Below are positions 59,299 through 64,000 of a DNA stretch of 64,000 bases, piece after piece (position 1 is the first letter of the stretch; each line of letters starts with the position of its first letter). Origin of the DNA: an uncultured Alphaproteobacteria bacterium (GTDB lineage: Bacteria; Pseudomonadota; Alphaproteobacteria; Rhizobiales; Hyphomicrobiaceae). A model generated the notes under the pieces. The model was not told the origin of the DNA and searched no databases. It saw nothing but the letters and a program-made list of their open reading frames with translations. Position numbers and translations under genes: made by a program. The stretch spans positions 239,254 to 303,253 of the forward strand of contig CAVZTR010000012.1 of NCBI GenBank assembly GCA_963778225.1. Direction: 5' to 3'.

Positions 59299-60240
59299 TC
59301 AAAAGTCCAATTCGACGCTCAGCTTCAGTGTCCCGTCCGGGGTGTTCTCGTTGAGACCCGCCAGGAACCCAAGCCCCACGGTCAGTTCGCTCGTTTCTAT
59401 GCTTCCGTCGTCGTCGCGCCGGGGGTCTGGGCGCAGGCTGCGTCCGAAATCATACGAGTAATAGAGTATGGGCCCGATCCGGTGCTGGTCGTGGTCTCCA
59501 AAGGCCAATGTTGCTTCGCCCGGCGTGCCGGTGTTCCCCAGCCGCTCGACTGTGCCATAGGCTTCCATGGCGAGCGTCCAATTGTCGTTGAACGTGTAGG
59601 CGACCTGAGCGGCGTAGGCGAAGTCCCACTTTTCGTCCCGAATGCCATCCTCGTCGGGGTCGCCGCCGAAGTCGTGCACGAGCATGGGAATGGCGGCCAC
59701 GAGCCACGGGCCGGTGGCGTACTCGAAGATCGGCCCCATGATGAGGCTCATCTGTTCGTCGCCTTCGAAGGGGCGTTCGAACTCTACAACGGTGCCGAGA
59801 CCAAATCCGTCGCCGTCTCGCGGAATGAAGATCGCGATCACCTCTGCGCCGATCTCATCGAGTTGCAAGGGCGCAAAATCATTCGCCTCTGCGAGTGATG
59901 GCGGATCGTCCAAGCGCTCCTGTTCAAACTCGATGCCGACGCGCATCTTGAGGTGGCGCGTGAGACCCATTTCCATTTCGAGCGCTTCGCGCTGCTTGAT
60001 AATCGAGTTGTCGTCGTAGATGGGCTCTCCATCGACGATTGTGGTTTCACGGCGCGGCTGGCCGAAGCTCCAGGCATTCTGGCTTTGGAATTCGAGGAAG
60101 CCCGGCCCAGACTCTAGTGTTTTCAGTTCGAACTGGCCGACGGCTGGATCGGCGATGGCAGACCCCGCGCTCCCACAAAGGATTGTGAGACCCACGATGG
60201 CTGCGGCAAGGGCCGGCAGCTGTCGGATGCAATTGAGCAC
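59299..60240 (-). CDS. hypothetical outer-membrane beta-barrel protein
   Basis: Signal peptide (ALAAAIVGLTILCGSAGSAIA), alternating amphipathic strands, Asp-rich loops and a C-terminal ...LSVELDF. Immediately downstream of, and co-oriented with, the TonB receptor remnant. Confidence 0.65.
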   Translation of the reverse strand: MLNCIRQLPALAAAIVGLTILCGSAGSAIADPAVGQFELKTLESGPGFLEFQSQNAWSFGQPRRETTIVDGEPIYDDNSIIKQREALEMEMGLTRHLKMRVGIEFEQERLDDPPSLAEANDFAPLQLDEIGAEVIAIFIPRDGDGFGLGTVVEFERPFEGDEQMSLIMGPIFEYATGPWLVAAIPMLVHDFGGDPDEDGIRDEKWDFAYAAQVAYTFNDNWTLAMEAYGTVERLGNTGTPGEATLAFGDHDQHRIGPILYYSYDFGRSLRPDPRRDDDGSIETSELTVGLGFLAGLNENTPDGTLKLSVELDF

Positions 60241-60448
60241 GGTTGATCCTGCGCTTCGGGATGTTTTTCAGCGAGGACGCTACCATTTTTTCCCTCTCGC
60301 CAAAGCAGCGGAAGGATTTCTTCCCCGTCTACGTCTCGGCTTTTGCCAAGCGGCGTGGCGAGGGGGCCACGAAAGCCGGGAATGATGCAGGAAAAAACAC
60401 GTAGGGGCGGCCTTGCGACCGCCCCTTGGCTCAATGCGTGACTTACAC

Positions 60449-63210
60449 TCAGAACGTGATGCGCAGGCCGCCGTAGATGGCGAACGGCTGAACGGGCGAG
60501 ATCGAGCGCGGATCCGTCGGATCTTCATACCCCGCCGCCTGGAAGGCCTCTGCGGCCTCGTCCGTATCGAAAAACGTACCGTAGAGACCGTAGCGCCGGT
60601 CGAAGAGGTTGCGGATCAAGCCGTAGGCCTCGGCGTTGTCCGAAAGCTTGTAGGAGGTCTTCAGGTCAACGCGGGTGTAGCCGGAAAGCTTGCGGTTGTT
60701 GTTCGCCTCGTCGCCGAAGAAGAACTGATCGGATACGGCCAGGAAGTCCGAGCCGAATTTCCACTGCGGCGTGACCCAGTATTCAAAGCCGGCTTTGAAG
60801 CGATGGCGTGGGATGCCGGGGAGCGTGTCGCCGTCTGAGACGGCTTGGCATTGCGGTTCGTCGATCCTGGACCACTCCGGCACGTCGGCGCAGTCGAACG
60901 TGCCATTCGGCGTGTTCGCTGCCGGCAAGATCAGGTCGTCCTGGAAGGTGGCATCGACGAACGCGTAGGAGCCATAAACCGAGTACGTGCGGTTCTGATA
61001 GCCCGCAGCGAGTTCGATACCCTGGCGCAGTGTGTCGCCAGCATTGAGGAAGTAGCCACGGCCGGTCGTCTTCGGCAGCGACGTTGAGGATGTCATCCTG
61101 ATTGAGCGTGCGGAACAGGCCTGCACTCCAGGTGAACAGCTGCCCGTCTCCTGGCCTTGCCTGTCCGCGCACACCCAGCTCAAAAGACTTTGAGACGACC
61201 TGTTCGAGCGGCGGATCGTCGGTCAGGAAGCTCTCGATGAAGCAGGGGTTATCGGGCTCGGCGCAGCCCAGTTCGGCCGCTGTCGGCGCGCGGTTGGCTT
61301 CCGAATAGCTGCCGTAGAGGGTCAGCATCTCGCTGAACTTGTACGTGCCGCCGACCATCGGGTTGAAGCGCTGATATTTGTTTGTCGTGTCGAGTTCATC
61401 GAACTGGCCGGTCAGATCGTTCAGCTCGATCGTTGCATGATTGTAGCGACCGCCGACCGTCAGGGCGAATTGGTCGGTCACGTCCAGCGTGTTGGTGAAG
61501 TAGACACCGAAATAATCGTTCTGCGTCTCGAGTTGGCGCGGCGCGAGATCGTCCGGTTCTTCCAACGATGATGCCAGAGCCAGTGACAACAAAGCGGTTT
61601 CCAATTTCGCCAAGTTCACTCGACGTATTGTAGCTGCACCTCGGCCGCCGTCGTAGCGACGCGCCGACGACGAAGCGGTTCGGACGACTGAAGAGTTCAG
61701 CCTGTTGATGCGGCCTGAAGCGAGCCGCCAAAGCCCTCAGCGTCTGTGTTGATGCGCTCGATGGAGCCGAGTGCGAACCGTCAGCGGATCGCCGACGACG
61801 TCATCCGAGCAGATCATGTACGTTCCGTCGATGTCCTCCACCATGTTCCGGCGGCCACTCCATCTTCCGCAACGCACAGACGGTCCTGCATAGGCCCGGA
61901 GCGTCAGTGCACGCTTCAGCCTCGCTCAAATTCCCGTCGATGACGTTCGACTTGAACTTGCGGTAGTAGCCGATGCCGCTGAATGAGAGCGTTTCGGTCG
62001 CCTGAACCTTGGCGCTCAAGGTCGGCATCAAGACTTCGAGATCGGTATCTTGCGGGTTCGTGAACGTGCGGTTCCAGCCCACGTCGAGAACGTCGACCGG
62101 AGAGGCTGCCACGACGCCGGCGTTGCTTTGGGCGGCGGTGAGGCTCAGGTGAACTTCGACCGCGCTGCCCTTGAAGCCGAGGTCGCCGTAGAAGCGTTCG
62201 ATGTCGGCGTCGGAGAAGTCGCGGAAGCCGTCCTCGCGGATCAGTTCGAGCGCGGCATACGCTGCAACCGTGCCGGAGTTGCCGCCGGCTTCCATCGCAA
62301 CCTGGCCGCGACCGAAGGAGCCGCCCATCGCGTCGATCGTGCCGCCCTGGAAGCTGAAGCCGTCCTTCATCGTGATGCCGATGGCGCCGCCGATGGCATT
62401 GAGACCATAGAGCGGATTTGCGCCCAATATGGTCATGTCGCTAATTGCGATGGCGGGGATGAGGTCGAGGTTGACCGTGTCGCCGAACGCCTCGTTGATG
62501 CGCACCCCGTTCTGGTAGACGGCAATGGCCTGCGAGCGTCCGCCGATCGGCGAGGCGTCGAAGCCTCGGAACTGGATGTCGGGGCGAAGGCCGCCGCCGG
62601 CGGTATCCGTCAAGAGGATTCCCGGAACCTGCTTCTGCAGCGTGTCCTGAACCTGGAGCGTTCTGTCGGCTATGATCTGGTCGCCGGTGACGACGGAGAC
62701 CGCGCCGGGAACCTTGGAGAGCGTGACGCCCGAGCCGCTGCCCGTGCCGCCGCCGGTTCCTGTTCCTTGGGCCGCAGTGGCTGCCGCGCCCGCGGAACCT
62801 CCCACAACTGGACCCGGTGCCACCTGAATTTGCGTTTCGGCAACCGGTGGGCCGGCGATTTGCTTCACCGGCTGCCTCTGCTGCACGGTGACTTCCGGCA
62901 GCGACAGGCCGGGAGCGACGGGTTCCGGCTCAGACGTGGCTGCCGGCTGCGGTGCAGGAGACGGCGCGGCGGCGGGCGGCGTGGATTGCCCGGTGGTTGA
63001 AGCAGGTGGAGTTGGTGGCGGCGTGGCCGCCGGTGCATCAGCGGGCGGCGGCGGGGTTGCTTCGGTAGCGGGTGGGGTCGGCGGTGCCGGGACGGGCGCT
63101 TCCGTTGCCGGCGGCGTGGCGGGTGCGTCTGGCGCCTGGGCCATTGCTGACGGCGCGCCCGTCGCGATCAGTCCCATCACCATCAAACCGCGGATCAGAT
63201 GATCAGACAT
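60449..63210 (-). pseudogene. TonB-dependent outer-membrane receptor, multiply frameshifted
   Basis: Receptor-like sequence is spread over ORFs 61801..63219 (signal peptide, Pro-rich extension, plug, first strands), 60783..61619 (middle barrel, ...YSEANRAPTAAELGCAEPDNPCFIESFL...) and 60449..61183 (C-terminal barrel ending ...AIYGGLRITF). Further receptor-like pieces between 61620 and 61900 lie in alternating frames. Confidence 0.8.
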
Positions 63211-63686
63211 CGAGCGCAACCTCTTCTCGGCCGGGAAGATTTTCCTCAGGAGACCTACCTAAAGGTCGTTAGTGTGAGTTGGCTCACGGCCGCAAGCTCA
63301 AGAGGGCCCGTATGCGCCGCGGAACGTCGAAAAAGCCGTCATGTGGCAACTCCGCATCGGGATTTTTTCCCGATTGCCCATGCTGATCCGCACGGCTTGG
63401 TGTTTGGAATCGTTCTTAGGAAAAGTCCTTGATCTCCAGTAGGTTCGACCTTTATCTCAGGGCTCGCGGAAGACCGACACGACCTTAGGAACAAGGTCCT
63501 GTGTCAGGTCAGACCCAAACCTGATTTGGCACCGGCCAAACGGGGCGAAAAGCGTTAGGTTATACAGGAACAACTTTGCCGGCCTGCGCGAGGCTGCTCG
63601 ATAGATTTCGGGGCTCCAATATTGGCCACCAACGCGTGACACAGGATGGCGCCTAGACCATCCAAAGCGCACAGGGGAGAGACGAC

Positions 63687-64000
63687 TTGAAAGTGCAGTC
63701 AGCATCCGCCGGTTTCGGCGCGCTCCTCATGGGTTTTGCCTCTGCGGGATGTTTCGGACCAGCGGCGATTGCCGGTGAGGCCACGCCGGCGGCCGCAGCA
63801 GCAGCGCCGGCCATTACGGTCGAACTCAACAAGCTGGAGTCGGTGGACAAGGGATGCCGGGTCTATACCGTCGTCGATAATCCCGGATCGGTCGGCTTTC
63901 AGACATTGAAGCTCGACCTGATCCTGTTTCATACCGACGGCGTCATCGGTCGACGGCTGATGCTGGATCTGGCGCCTCTCAAGAGCGCCAAGAAGACAGT
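63687..64000 (+). CDS. hypothetical secreted protein, 3'-truncated by the window edge
   Basis: Open frame from TTG 63687 (GGGGAGAG upstream) to the window end. It reads LKVQSASAGFGALLMGFASAGCFGPAAIAGEA... (signal peptide) then ...ITVELNKLESVDKGCRVYTVVDNPGSVGFQTLKLDLILFHTDGVIG... It is absent from the ORF track because it has no stop. Confidence 0.5.
   Translation, partial: MKVQSASAGFGALLMGFASAGCFGPAAIAGEATPAAAAAAPAITVELNKLESVDKGCRVYTVVDNPGSVGFQTLKLDLILFHTDGVIGRRLMLDLAPLKSAKKT

Noticed and set aside
63300-63420. Cobalamin riboswitch upstream of the TonB-dependent receptor (minus strand shows AATCGGGAA and GCCACATG)
   Set aside because: The B12-box consensus GCCACTG is not matched, and the conserved GGTG-AA-TCC and other core segments are absent. 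The similarity is limited to a simple hairpin.
63490-63530. SRP/4.5S RNA-like motif (GTGTCAGGTC)
   Set aside because: The conserved GGAAGCAGC domain IV motif and the complementary helix are missing on both strands.

Overview
High-GC (~62%) alphaproteobacterial chromosome segment. From memory, the D-glycerate dehydrogenase/hydroxypyruvate reductase closely resembles the Hyphomicrobium enzyme. Together with two bactofilins, this suggests a Hyphomicrobium-like prosthecate methylotroph (inference, not verified). About 0-44 kb is conserved housekeeping: TPP riboswitch-thiC, prfB with its programmed +1 frameshift, mrcA, amiC, rne, aroQ-accB-accC, aat, pgi, mutL, rsmD-rluB, tadA and hprA. About 44.4-58.9 kb is a Wzx/Wzy-type exopolysaccharide locus with a Wza-like lipoprotein, an OM barrel, a Wzc-like kinase, a priming transferase, a polymerase/ligase-like protein, a flippase and glycosyltransferases. 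59.3-63.2 kb holds an OM barrel gene and a decayed TonB-dependent receptor, and a partial secreted-protein gene runs off the right edge. The most interesting observations are: (1) A NikR-family regulator lacks two of the four canonical Ni ligands, yet sits next to a perfect GTATGA-N16-TCATAC operator facing a creatininase-like/glutamine-synthetase-like operon. (2) An A10 homopolymer splits the EPS priming glycosyltransferase. (3) Single frameshifts interrupt opgC, rne and a patatin gene, and at least five interrupt the TonB receptor. (4) GC-rich palindromic repeats occur in the window, including tandem compound hairpins in the rne leader and a 27-bp duplication of the amiC stop region. (5) A 25-codon micro-ORF has a 12-nt perfect Shine-Dalgarno and its own terminator. 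I saw no rRNA, tRNA, CRISPR, transposase or phage genes. Many long ORFs in the track are antisense or out-of-frame shadows typical of high-GC DNA and are not reported as genes.
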